Source: Dehalococcoidia bacterium
GTDB lineage: Bacteria; Chloroflexota; Dehalococcoidia; Lucifugimonadales; Australimonadaceae
Direction: 5' to 3'
DNA length: 64,000 bases
Assembly (NCBI GenBank): GCA_965206315.1
Contig: OZ242210.1
Span: 258,822 to 322,821 of the forward strand
Under the pieces are notes generated by a model that worked only from the letters and a program-made list of their open reading frames with translations, was not told the origin of the DNA and made no database searches. Position 1 is the stretch's first letter. The number at the start of each line of letters is the position of its first letter. A program made the translations under genes and the position numbers. This document shows, one piece after another, positions 18,805-27,263 of the stretch.

Positions 18805-19592
18805 TCAGGAGCGTTCAACTGTTGTGCCTGCTGCTGCTCATGGTGGGCGCGGTCCTGATAGCGGCCCTCCTCCTGACAGGTAGCGTGGGGGCGTCCGGGC
18901 ACAGCGCCACGCGATCGTTCGCCTCCCCCTCGGTCGCTCCGGGTGGTCAGATCGAGGTGACCATCACAGCCCGGAACTACGGGGCCTTCGCCCAGGTTGT
19001 GGAGACGCTTCCGGGTGGGTTCACGTTCGCTGGCTCCAGCCTCCCCGACGCTGCCGTGGAGGCGAAGCTGGATGCAATCACGTTCACGCTGTTGGGGGAG
19101 GAGCAGTTCACCTACACGGTGCAGGCGCCTGCCGTCGAGGCGGAGTTCACCTTCTCCGGCGTCGTGCGAGACCAGCACAAGGTCGAACACGAGGTCGGAG
19201 GCGACACCAGCCTGCGGGTCGGGCCACCATCCACGCCAGTCCCCACGCCCGACCCGCAGGCCTCGCCGACGGCCGAACCAACCCCCACGGCAACCCCCAT
19301 GCCGACGCCTGTTCCAACCGCCACACCGGCCCCGACTGCGACGCCGCGTCCGATGGCCACTCCCAGACAGGAGCCAACAGCAACACCTGTGCCGGAGCCC
19401 ACGGCAACACCTGTGCCGGAGCCCACCGCCACGCCTACGCCCAGACCCCCGGCGCCTCCGACGATGACCCCGGTTCCGGTTGTGCCAACGCCTCAGGAAG
19501 AAGGCGGCATTCCCCCGTGGGTATGGGTCCTGCCGCTCTTCTTTATTGTGCTGGTCCTCGTCAGCATCGGATACGCGCGCAGGCGGCGTTAG
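18801..19592 (+). CDS. secreted beta-sandwich domain protein with a Pro/Thr-rich stalk and a C-terminal GG-TM-RRRR anchor
   Basis: GTG start overlaps the adhesin stop (GTGA). Signal peptide, about 110-aa globular domain, PT-rich linker with repeated EPTATPVP, then the C-terminus EEGGIPPWVWVLPLFFIVLVLVSIGYARRRR. Confidence 0.75.
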   Translation: MIRSVQLLCLLLLMVGAVLIAALLLTGSVGASGHSATRSFASPSVAPGGQIEVTITARNYGAFAQVVETLPGGFTFAGSSLPDAAVEAKLDAITFTLLGEEQFTYTVQAPAVEAEFTFSGVVRDQHKVEHEVGGDTSLRVGPPSTPVPTPDPQASPTAEPTPTATPMPTPVPTATPAPTATPRPMATPRQEPTATPVPEPTATPVPEPTATPTPRPPAPPTMTPVPVVPTPQEEGGIPPWVWVLPLFFIVLVLVSIGYARRRR

Positions 19593-19640
19593 AGCCTGCA
19601 GGCGGGCCTTGCCTGCTCCCTTCCGAGCGGCCGTAGCCTT

Positions 19641-20640
19641 CTACGAGAACCGCTGGCCGTACACGCTCCGGGCGTTGCCTTCGTAGATGGCGCCCCGGTC
19701 CTCGTCCGAAAGGAAATCGATGTCGTCGATGTAGGGCTTCGTGTTGTCGTACCACTCACCGGTGCGCGGGTTATCGGCCGACCCCGCGCCCGGACGCTCC
19801 GTGCCGAACAGGCAGCGGTCCGTCCCCACGATCTTGAACAGCAGCTCCAGCGACTCCTGGTTGTAGAGGCAGGTGTCATAGTAGAGGTTGCGCACGTGGC
19901 GGTCGAACGTCTCCTCCCCGTTCGCGCCGCGCATCCGGGCCCGCCAGCGCCCCGATCTGGTAGGGGATCGAGCCGCCGCCGTGGCTCATGATGATCTTGA
20001 GTCCCGGGAAGTCGTCGAATACCGTGGACTTCGCGAGCGACAGGATGGCGATGCTCTCCTCCGTGATGAAGTGGTTGTGGAACGACTCGCGCAGGTCTTT
20101 GCAGCTTGCCGGATGGATCAGCGCCGGTATGTCCTCCTTCTCCATCTTCTCGTAGAGCGGGTACCAGTACTCTTCGCCCATCGTCGGCGTCGTGTGCTGG
20201 CCCTCGCTCGGGTCCGGGTTGATCATGATGCCGATGAACCCGAGGTCGTTGATGCAGCGGTCGATCTCCTCGAACGTATCGGTCACGGGCGCTCCGTCGC
20301 ACTGCGGCAGGCCCGCGACGCCCCTGAACCGATCAGGTTCGTTCTGCACGGCCAGCGCGATCGCGTTGTTGTTCGCCTCGCAGAACCAGTGCACGATCTT
20401 GTCGGGCTTCTCCGAGTGCATCAGCGAGTACGGGCGCGGGGAGATGAAGGCCATATCCGTCCCCACGTCGTCCAACAGCTGGGAATGCGTCTTCCCCGCC
20501 GTCTTCCAGCTCGCCACGGTCTCCGCCGTAACGCCCGGATGCCCCTTGCCGTGGAACCCGCGCCCATTGATGAGGAACGCCTGGTACTGACCGATCTGCG
20601 ACCCCGTAACCAGATGCTGGTGCGCGTCGATGATCATCAT
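19641..20640 (-). pseudogene. amidohydrolase_2 (ACMSD-like) gene interrupted by a +1 frameshift
   Basis: The N-terminal part (MMIIDAHQHL...IIMSHGGGSIPYQIG) and the C-terminal part (MRGANGEETFDRHVRNLYYDTCLY...) lie in different frames. Removing one C from the CCCC run at 19950-19953 restores ...PYQIGRWRARMRGANGEETF.... Confidence 0.75.
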
Positions 20641-20785
20641 CGCCTCCCCTGCGCGTAGTGGCCGCATCATCCGCGCAACAGCGCTCCGGTGCAACCTGCC
20701 CGGCGCGCTCCCCGGGTGGAACCTGCTCCTTATGGAGACTAGACTCAGCCACAGCCCTTGTGAGACTTAGAGGAGGCGCGGAAGC

Positions 20786-22171
20786 ATGACCGATCCAGTC
20801 GTTGAACGTCTCGCCGGTTACGCAGCCGGCATCAGGTACGACGACCTGCCCGGCGAGGTCGTGCACCAGGTCAAGCGGCTCGTGATCGATTCGATGGGTT
20901 GCGGGCTGGCAGCGAGCGACGCCGTCCCGGTGCGCGCGGCACGAGACCTGGCGCTCGGAGTGCGCGGTTCATCACCTGCCACGCTGCTGGGGACCAACGA
21001 GACCACCACGCCGGACATGGCCGCTTTCGTGAACGGCGCCATGGTGCGCTACCTGGACTTCAACGACTCCTACAACGGCAAGGACATCGCCCACCCCTCC
21101 GACAACATCCCCGCAGTGCTGGCTGCGGCCGAGGCGCACGGAGCGTCGGGCCGGGAGCTCATCGCGGCTGTGGCACTCGCCTACGAGGTGCAGGCCGCAT
21201 GGGCGGACAGCTTCCACCTCGCCTCAGGCGGCGCCTGGGACCAGGCCGCCTATGCCGCCATCTCCGCGCCGCTCGGAGCGGGCAGCGTGATCGGCCTCAC
21301 GGAGGAACAGCTCGCGGAAGCGCTCCGCATCTCCGTGGTCAGCAGCATGACGCTCGGCGAGGCCCGTCGCGGGACCATCTCCCACTGGAAGGCGGCTGCC
21401 GTCCCGAACGCGGGCAGGAACGGCGTCTTTGCTGCCATGCTCGCGCGGCGCGGGATGACGGGGCCGCCGGAGGTGTTCTCCGGTTCGCACGGGTTCTTCG
21501 CCGGCGTGACGAGCAGCCCCGTCGAGCTTGCCCTGCTGGCGGGCGAAGGCGGCAACGACCGCCCGTTCCGGCTCATGGAGTCGCGCTTCAAGCGGTTCCC
21601 GGCGGGCTTCGTCTCCCAGACAGCGATAGAGGGTGCGATGGAGGCGCGGGAGGCACTGAGCATCGTCGACGTGGCCGACGTCGAGCACGTCCACATCCGC
21701 ACGTTCGAGAGCGGCAAGCGCATCATGGCGGGCGACCCCACGCGCTGGCGCCCGGAGACGCGCGAGACCGCCGACCACAGCATCCCCTTCGTCGTTGCCT
21801 GCGCCCTCCGGTTCGGCACGGTCGAACCCGCGCACTTCGAGGACGACGTCCTGCGCGACCCGGCGTTGCTGGGCCTGATGCAGCGTATCGAAGTCGTGCA
21901 GGACCCGGAATGTGACGCGGCCTGGCCGGAGGCCATCCTCAACATCCTCACGGTCCGTACCTCGGACGGTCGCCAGCACACGGCGTCCGTCCCCTACTAC
22001 ACCGGGCACTTCAAGAAGCCCATGACTGACACCGACGTCGAGGACAAGTTCAGGCGGCTTACGACCGGCCTGCTCGACGAGTCCCGCCAGCAGGCAGCCC
22101 TGGACCGCCTCTGGCATCTCGACGAGCAGACCGACCTCGGCCAGGTCATGGCAGCGATGGCTATCGCGTAG
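20786..22171 (+). CDS. MmgE/PrpD-family protein (2-methylcitrate dehydratase-like)
   Basis: 461 aa. N-terminus MTDPVVERLAGYAAGIRYDDLPGEVVHQVKRLVIDSMGCGLAA is typical of the family. GAGGAGG SD. Confidence 0.9.
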   Translation: MTDPVVERLAGYAAGIRYDDLPGEVVHQVKRLVIDSMGCGLAASDAVPVRAARDLALGVRGSSPATLLGTNETTTPDMAAFVNGAMVRYLDFNDSYNGKDIAHPSDNIPAVLAAAEAHGASGRELIAAVALAYEVQAAWADSFHLASGGAWDQAAYAAISAPLGAGSVIGLTEEQLAEALRISVVSSMTLGEARRGTISHWKAAAVPNAGRNGVFAAMLARRGMTGPPEVFSGSHGFFAGVTSSPVELALLAGEGGNDRPFRLMESRFKRFPAGFVSQTAIEGAMEAREALSIVDVADVEHVHIRTFESGKRIMAGDPTRWRPETRETADHSIPFVVACALRFGTVEPAHFEDDVLRDPALLGLMQRIEVVQDPECDAAWPEAILNILTVRTSDGRQHTASVPYYTGHFKKPMTDTDVEDKFRRLTTGLLDESRQQAALDRLWHLDEQTDLGQVMAAMAIA

Positions 22172-22208
22172 GCATCGCCGGGCACAGCACTTCGTAGCGC
22201 CGAGCGTC

Positions 22209-22214
22209 TATAAT
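22209..22214 (+). promoter_or_regulatory. -10 hexamer TATAAT placed 6 nt before the selD ATG (leaderless-type promoter)
   Basis: tataat-cccccc-ATG with no Shine-Dalgarno sequence. The same geometry occurs at 50580 and 55821. Confidence 0.4.
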
Positions 22215-22220
22215 CCCCCC

Positions 22221-23270
22221 ATGACGCAGCAAGAAGTCCGCCTCACCAGTCTGGCCACCTGCGCGGGTTGAGCCGGTAAGTTCAGCCCTGAGGACCTCGG
22301 CGAGGTCCTGAGCCACCTCCCTCACGTGCAGCACGACGACCTGCTCGTGGGGTTCGACACGAGCGACGACGCCGCCGTCTACCGCCTGACGGACGACCTC
22401 GCGGTCGTGCAGACGATCGACTTCTTCCCGCCGATCGTCGACGACCCGTACGACTTCGGCGCGATCGCCGCGGTGAACGCGCTGAGTGACGTCTACGCCA
22501 TGGGCGGGACGCCCCTGCTTGCGCTCAACATCGTCTGCTTCCCGGAGGACCTGCCGAAGGAGGTGCTCGGGCGCATGCTGCTCGGCGGGATGGACGTCGC
22601 GAAGGAGGCCGGCATCGTCATCGCCGGCGGTCACACGGTGAAGGACAGGGAGCCTAAGTACGGGCTGTCGGTCACCGGCATCGTGCGGCCTGACAGCATC
22701 GTCACGAACGCCGCCGCAGCCGTCGGCGACGACCTCGTGCTGACGAAGCCGCTCGGCTCAGGAATCATCACGACCGCGGCCAAGGCAGGGGTAACGGACG
22801 ACGCCATCCTCGCGGGCGCTGTGGCGACGATGCGCCAGCTGAACCGCGCGGGCGGCGAGGCGATGGTGGAAGCCGGGGTGAAGTCCGCCACGGACATCAC
22901 CGGCTTCGGGCTGGCGGGGCACATGCTCGGCATGCTGAAGGCGAGCGGGACCGCCGCGAAGGTCCGCTTCCCGGACGTGCCGCTCCTGCCCGGTGTGCGG
23001 GAGTTGGCCGAGCGCGGCGTCGTTCCGGGCGGAACGCGCAACAACCTCGACGCCTTCGATCCCGACATCGCCTGGGGCGACGGCATCACGGATGAGGAGA
23101 AGCTCATCTTCTGCGATGCCCAGACGTCGGGCGGCCTGCTCATTGCCGTGCCGCACGCTTCGACGCAGGTGGTGCTGGACGGTCTCGCCCGGCGTGGCGT
23201 TACGGGAGCAGTGATCGGTCGAGTCGTCGCTGCGGAAGACGCCGCCAACACGATCGAGGTCTCAGCGTAG
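22221..23270 (+). CDS. selD: selenide, water dikinase (selenophosphate synthetase; SenC role), selenocysteine-containing, with UGA at 22269-22271
   Basis: The ORF track starts at 22326, but the frame extends upstream as MTQQEVRLTSLATCAG-U-AGKFSPEDLGEVLSHLPHVQHDDLLVGF. The in-frame TGA aligns with Cys17 of E. coli SelD (GAGCGCK). The remainder (DDAAVY, DFFPPIVDDPYDFGAIAAVNALSDVYAMGG, TDITGFGL) is canonical SelD. Confidence 0.9.
22288..22312 (+). promoter_or_regulatory. candidate bacterial SECIS hairpin downstream of the selD UGA
   Basis: ct-g-AGGACCTC-ggc-GAGGTCCT-g-ag forms a 7-8 bp GC-rich stem starting 16 nt after the UGA, with G residues in the apical loop. Confidence 0.5.
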
Positions 23271-23288
23271 CGTGGAGCGCCCGTCGCC

Positions 23289-24599
23289 ATGAGCGCGTAC
23301 GACCTGCCCCCCGCGCCCTCGCGCAGGACCGACGACCTCGTCGCTGAGGCATTGGACTCGATCGAGATGGTGCTCGCCCTGACCGCCGACCTCGACGCCC
23401 GCCAGCAGCAGGGACCCATGATCCAGATCGTGAACCCGGCGCTGTGGGAGGTCGGTCACGTGGGGTGGTTCTTCGAGAAATGGACGCTCCGCAACCTCTA
23501 CGAGACGCAGAGCATGGTGCCCCACTCCGACGCGCTCTACGACTCGGCGGCCATCGCGCACGACACCCGCTGGCGGCTGAGCTTCCCGACGTGGGAGGAG
23601 ACGCGGGCGTTCGCACTGAAGGTCGCCCGAGATGCGACCGGCCGCCTCGGGCCGGGCGCACCGGACGCGTTGGAGCAGTACTTCATCCAACTCGCGACGA
23701 TCCACACGGACATGCATGCCGAGGCGTTCACGTACACGCGACAGACGCTCGGCTTTCCCGAGCCTGCGCTGCCATCGACGGCGACCCCCTCGCCGCAACT
23801 CGATTTCGAGCCGCACGACGTCGCCATCCCCGGAGGGACGTTCACGCTGGGCGCGGTCGAGGGCGAGCTGCCGTTCGTCTTCGACAACGAGAAGTGGGGG
23901 CACGAGGTCCACGTGGAACCGTTCGCGATAGCGGCCACCGCGGTGAGCAACGGCGAGTTCCTGCGCTTTGTCGAGTCCGGCGGCTACCGCGACCGTTCGT
24001 GCTGGACGGACGAGGGCTGGTGGTGGAGGCAGGCGCTCGGTGCTGAGCATCCCGTCTACTGGCGCAGGGAGAGCGACGGCCGATGGCTGGTGCGGCGCTA
24101 CGACGCCTGGGTACCGATCGACCCGCACGCCGCCATCATCCACGTCAATTGGCACGAAGCGAGCGCGTACTGCGCCTGGGCCGGGAGGCGATTGCCGACG
24201 GAACCCGAGTGGGAGCTGGCGGCGGCGGGCGGCGCGGACGGCGCTCCGAAACGCCGCTACCCGTGGGGCGACGAGCCGCCGACGCCCGAGCGCGCGAACC
24301 TCGACTTCCGGGGCCGGGGCACCGTCGACGTGCGCGCATTCCCCGCGGGAGACACGCCGGTCGGCTGTCGTCAGATGGTGGGCAACGCCTGGGAGTGGAC
24401 CGCAACGGAGTTCGGGCCGTACCCGGGTTTCGTCGCCGACCCCTACAAGGAGTACTCCGAGCCGTGGTTCAGCGGTCACAAGGTGCTTCGGGGGGGAGCG
24501 TGGAGCACGCGCAGCCGCCTGATCCGCAATACCTGGCGCAATTTCTACCTGCCCGACCGGCGCGACGTGATGTGCGGTTTCCGCACCTGCGCGGTCTGA
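23289..24599 (+). CDS. senA: EgtB-like non-heme-iron sulfoxide/selenoxide synthase (DinB_2 plus FGE-sulfatase domains); probable selenoneine synthase
   Basis: 436 aa. DinB-type metal ligands (VGHVGWFFE; IHTDMHAEAF = HX3HXE). FGE domain (VSNGEFLRFV, NWHEASAYCAWAGRRLPTEPEWE, GNAWEWT, LRGGAW). Lies 18 nt after selD and 17 nt before the glycosyltransferase. Confidence 0.8.
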   Translation: MSAYDLPPAPSRRTDDLVAEALDSIEMVLALTADLDARQQQGPMIQIVNPALWEVGHVGWFFEKWTLRNLYETQSMVPHSDALYDSAAIAHDTRWRLSFPTWEETRAFALKVARDATGRLGPGAPDALEQYFIQLATIHTDMHAEAFTYTRQTLGFPEPALPSTATPSPQLDFEPHDVAIPGGTFTLGAVEGELPFVFDNEKWGHEVHVEPFAIAATAVSNGEFLRFVESGGYRDRSCWTDEGWWWRQALGAEHPVYWRRESDGRWLVRRYDAWVPIDPHAAIIHVNWHEASAYCAWAGRRLPTEPEWELAAAGGADGAPKRRYPWGDEPPTPERANLDFRGRGTVDVRAFPAGDTPVGCRQMVGNAWEWTATEFGPYPGFVADPYKEYSEPWFSGHKVLRGGAWSTRSRLIRNTWRNFYLPDRRDVMCGFRTCAV

Positions 24600-24616
24600 C
24601 CCGGAGGTAAACGCTC

Positions 24617-25579
24617 GTGTACATCGGCCTCGTGACGCCCGCCCCGCCGTACAGCCGGAACGGCAACCGCGTCACGGCGAACCGCTGGGCCGGGATCCTG
24701 CGCAGCCTGGGGCACCGGGTCACGATCAGCCAGGACTACGGCGGGCAGGACTTCGACCTGCTCGTCGCCATCCACGCGCTGCGGAGCGCACAGGCCGTCG
24801 GTGCGTTCAAGGTCCGCCATCCGGACAGCCCGGTCATCGTGCTGCTGGCGGGCACCGACGTCTACGGGCCGCTCTATGAGGAGGGCGGCGGCCAGGTGCT
24901 CGACGCTGCGGAGCGCCTCGTAACCCTCCAGCGCCTCGCCGTCGACGAGCTCAGGGAGGAGCACAAGGTCAAGGTCCGGACGATCGTGCAGTCCGCGAGG
25001 GCCACGCCCACGTCCGGCCCGTCGCAGAACGCGCGCCACTTCGACGTGAGCGTCGTAGGGCACCTGAGACCGGTCAAGGACCCGTTCCTCACGGCCGACG
25101 CAACGCGGCGCCTCCCGCAAGAGTCCCGCATCCGCGTGCTGCAGATGGGCGATTCGATGGGCCCCGCGATGACCCGCCGGGCGAACGCGCTCGCGGCGAA
25201 CCATCCGCGGTATGCGTGGCTGCGCGGCCTGCCGTCGTGGCGCGCCCGCCGGCTGCTCAAGCGCTCCCACGTGATGGTGATCTCGTCGCTCTCGGAGGGC
25301 GGGGCCAATGTCGTCTCAGAGGCGGCGGTCGACGGCGTGCCGATACTGGCGTCCCGCATGCCCGGCAACGTGGGCCTGCTCGGCGACGACTATCCCGGCT
25401 ACTTCCCCGTGGGCGACAGCGCGGAGTTGCGCCGCCTGTTGCTCTGCTGCGAGAGCGACCCCACGTTCCTCGACTCCCTGCGGGAGGCGGAGAAGCCCCT
25501 CCGCTCGCTGCTCGATCCACGGCGCGAGTGCGCCGACTGGGCTGCGCTCCTGGACGAGGTCGCGCCAGTCAGGGGCTAG
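24617..25579 (+). CDS. senB: GT-B-type glycosyltransferase; probable selenosugar synthase
   Basis: 320 aa, GTG start with GGAGGT SD. The N-terminus MYIGLVTPAPPYSRNGNRVTANRWAGILRSLGHRV matches my recollection of the SelD/EgtB-associated glycosyltransferase family (NCBI TIGR04348, needs an HMM check). C-terminal SxSEGGANVVSEA motif. Confidence 0.7.
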   Translation: MYIGLVTPAPPYSRNGNRVTANRWAGILRSLGHRVTISQDYGGQDFDLLVAIHALRSAQAVGAFKVRHPDSPVIVLLAGTDVYGPLYEEGGGQVLDAAERLVTLQRLAVDELREEHKVKVRTIVQSARATPTSGPSQNARHFDVSVVGHLRPVKDPFLTADATRRLPQESRIRVLQMGDSMGPAMTRRANALAANHPRYAWLRGLPSWRARRLLKRSHVMVISSLSEGGANVVSEAAVDGVPILASRMPGNVGLLGDDYPGYFPVGDSAELRRLLLCCESDPTFLDSLREAEKPLRSLLDPRRECADWAALLDEVAPVRG

Positions 25580-26451
25580 CGCGCCAGGCGGCGCATCGCC
25601 GCAGAGGCGAGGTCGACGCTCAGCACCAGCAGCAGGTACCAGATGAGGAGCAGGGTCACGGTCGTGTAGTGGAAGTGGCTCAGGGAGATCCGGAACTCCA
25701 TGCCGAGGCCGCCGGCCGCCACCAGCCCGACGACGATGGTTGTCCGGATGATGACCTCCCAGCGGTAGAAGAGGTAGGTGATGAACCGGGGCAGGGCGGC
25801 GGGGAGGATGGCGTAGGCGATGACCTGGAACCAGCCCGCGCCGGACGTCCTGAGCGCGCGGGCCGGGCGCGTGTCGAGGCCTTCCACGACTTCCGCCGTG
25901 AGCTTGCCAAGGATGCCGAAGTTGTGTATCGCGAGCGCCAACGCCCCGGGAAGGATGCCGGGCGAGAAGATGAAGACGAGAAGCATCGCCCATATCAGCT
26001 CCGGCACGGAGCGGCTCAGCGCGTAACCGAGCCTGACGACCCCGAACCACGCGGTCCAGACCGGACTCCGGTAAGGGGCCAACTCGCCCGCCATGACGTT
26101 GCGCGCCGCGAACATGAAGGTGAACAGCGCCCCTATGGCGGCGATGCCCGCCGCGAGGACGCTCATGGCAAGCGTGGTCAGCGCGAGGCGCCCGGCCTCC
26201 GCCCACTCCGCGCCCTTCAGGTACGCGGGCGTGCTCTCGCGGCCCACGCCCGCGAGGTCGCCGAGGAACGACCACGCCCGCGAAGCGGTTTCCCCGGAGA
26301 AGAAGCCGTGGCTCGGCCACGACTGCCCGAAGACGATGTACGTCCACGCGGTGAGCATGAGGAAGGCCATCGCCAGCACGGAGCCCGACACGAACGTCAG
26401 CCTCGGACGCCCGCTCCCTGACACGTAAGCGGCGGTTGGAGCGGGGTTCAT
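25576..26451 (-). CDS. phnE: phosphonate/phosphite-type ABC transporter permease
   Basis: Polytopic protein with the permease EAA-like region ALRTSGAGWFQVIAYAILPAALP. Start set at the ATG at 26449-26451, which overlaps the upstream permease stop (ATGA). Confidence 0.8.
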   Translation of the reverse strand: MNPAPTAAYVSGSGRPRLTFVSGSVLAMAFLMLTAWTYIVFGQSWPSHGFFSGETASRAWSFLGDLAGVGRESTPAYLKGAEWAEAGRLALTTLAMSVLAAGIAAIGALFTFMFAARNVMAGELAPYRSPVWTAWFGVVRLGYALSRSVPELIWAMLLVFIFSPGILPGALALAIHNFGILGKLTAEVVEGLDTRPARALRTSGAGWFQVIAYAILPAALPRFITYLFYRWEVIIRTTIVVGLVAAGGLGMEFRISLSHFHYTTVTLLLIWYLLLVLSVDLASAAMRRLAR

Positions 26452-27263
26452 GGCGCAAGCCTCCGCCGTACCTGGGAGCTCCAGAGGTCCACGAGCACGA
26501 CCATGACCACCAGTACCCAGAGGAACGTCCAGACGCGGGAGTAGGCGAGGTCCTCGAGCGCGATCTGCACCTGGAAGCCCAGCCCGCCGAGCCCGACCCA
26601 GCCGAGCACCGCTGCCGACCGGATGCCGCACTCCAGCCGGTAGAAGGTGTAGGAGACCATGTCCGGCAGCGCCATCGGCAGGCGTCCGAACAGGAACACC
26701 CGCCACTCCGACGCCCCGGAGCGGCGCAGCGCGTCCAGCGGGGCCTGCGGCACGTCCTGCAACAACTCCGAGTAGATGCGGCCCAGGATCCCTCCGTACG
26801 GGATGCCCAGGGCCAGGACCGCCGCCATCGGCGAGAGACCTATCGCGGCAACGAAGAGCAGGGCCCAAACGAGTTCATGGATCGCCCGGAAGAAGGCGAG
26901 GAGACCCCGCGCGGCGCCTATCTGGGTGAGGGCCCCCACACGCGAGCGTGCCGTCGTTCCGGAAGCGATCACACCCAGCGGGATGCCGATGAGCAGTGCG
27001 ACCGTAAGCCCCGCGACCGCATAGGCCAGGGTCTGCCAAGCGGCGGCAGCGGCCTTCCTCAGGAGGTCCGGTGAGAGGTCGGGCCGGATGAATGCGCCCA
27101 GCGTCTCGGCGATCGCGCTCACCCCGCGCGGCCGGAAGACGCCCTCGCTCCAGTCGATGCCGAGCAGGCTCAGCGCGAATGCGCCGAGAAGGATGAGGGT
27201 GATCGTGCGCCGGCTGTCGATCGCGCGTGGGCGTCCCGGAGATATGGGGTACTCAGACCTCAC
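26448..27263 (-). CDS. phnE: phosphonate/phosphite-type ABC transporter permease (second copy)
   Basis: ALRRSGASEWRVFLFGRLPMALP permease loop. Proposed GTG start at 27261-27263 overlaps the phnC stop. The longer ORF to 27386 would lie inside phnC. Confidence 0.7.
   Translation of the reverse strand: MRSEYPISPGRPRAIDSRRTITLILLGAFALSLLGIDWSEGVFRPRGVSAIAETLGAFIRPDLSPDLLRKAAAAAWQTLAYAVAGLTVALLIGIPLGVIASGTTARSRVGALTQIGAARGLLAFFRAIHELVWALLFVAAIGLSPMAAVLALGIPYGGILGRIYSELLQDVPQAPLDALRRSGASEWRVFLFGRLPMALPDMVSYTFYRLECGIRSAAVLGWVGLGGLGFQVQIALEDLAYSRVWTFLWVLVVMVVLVDLWSSQVRRRLAP

Noticed and set aside
23289-24599. Interpreting the EgtB-like gene as a standard ergothioneine egtB working with the nearby egtD
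   Set aside because: This is not fully excluded. However, the gene is operonic (17-18 nt gaps) with selD and a glycosyltransferase rather than with egtD/egtA/egtC/egtE. That is the diagnostic context of the selenoneine pathway. The sulfur-pathway reading is therefore kept as the alternative to be tested.
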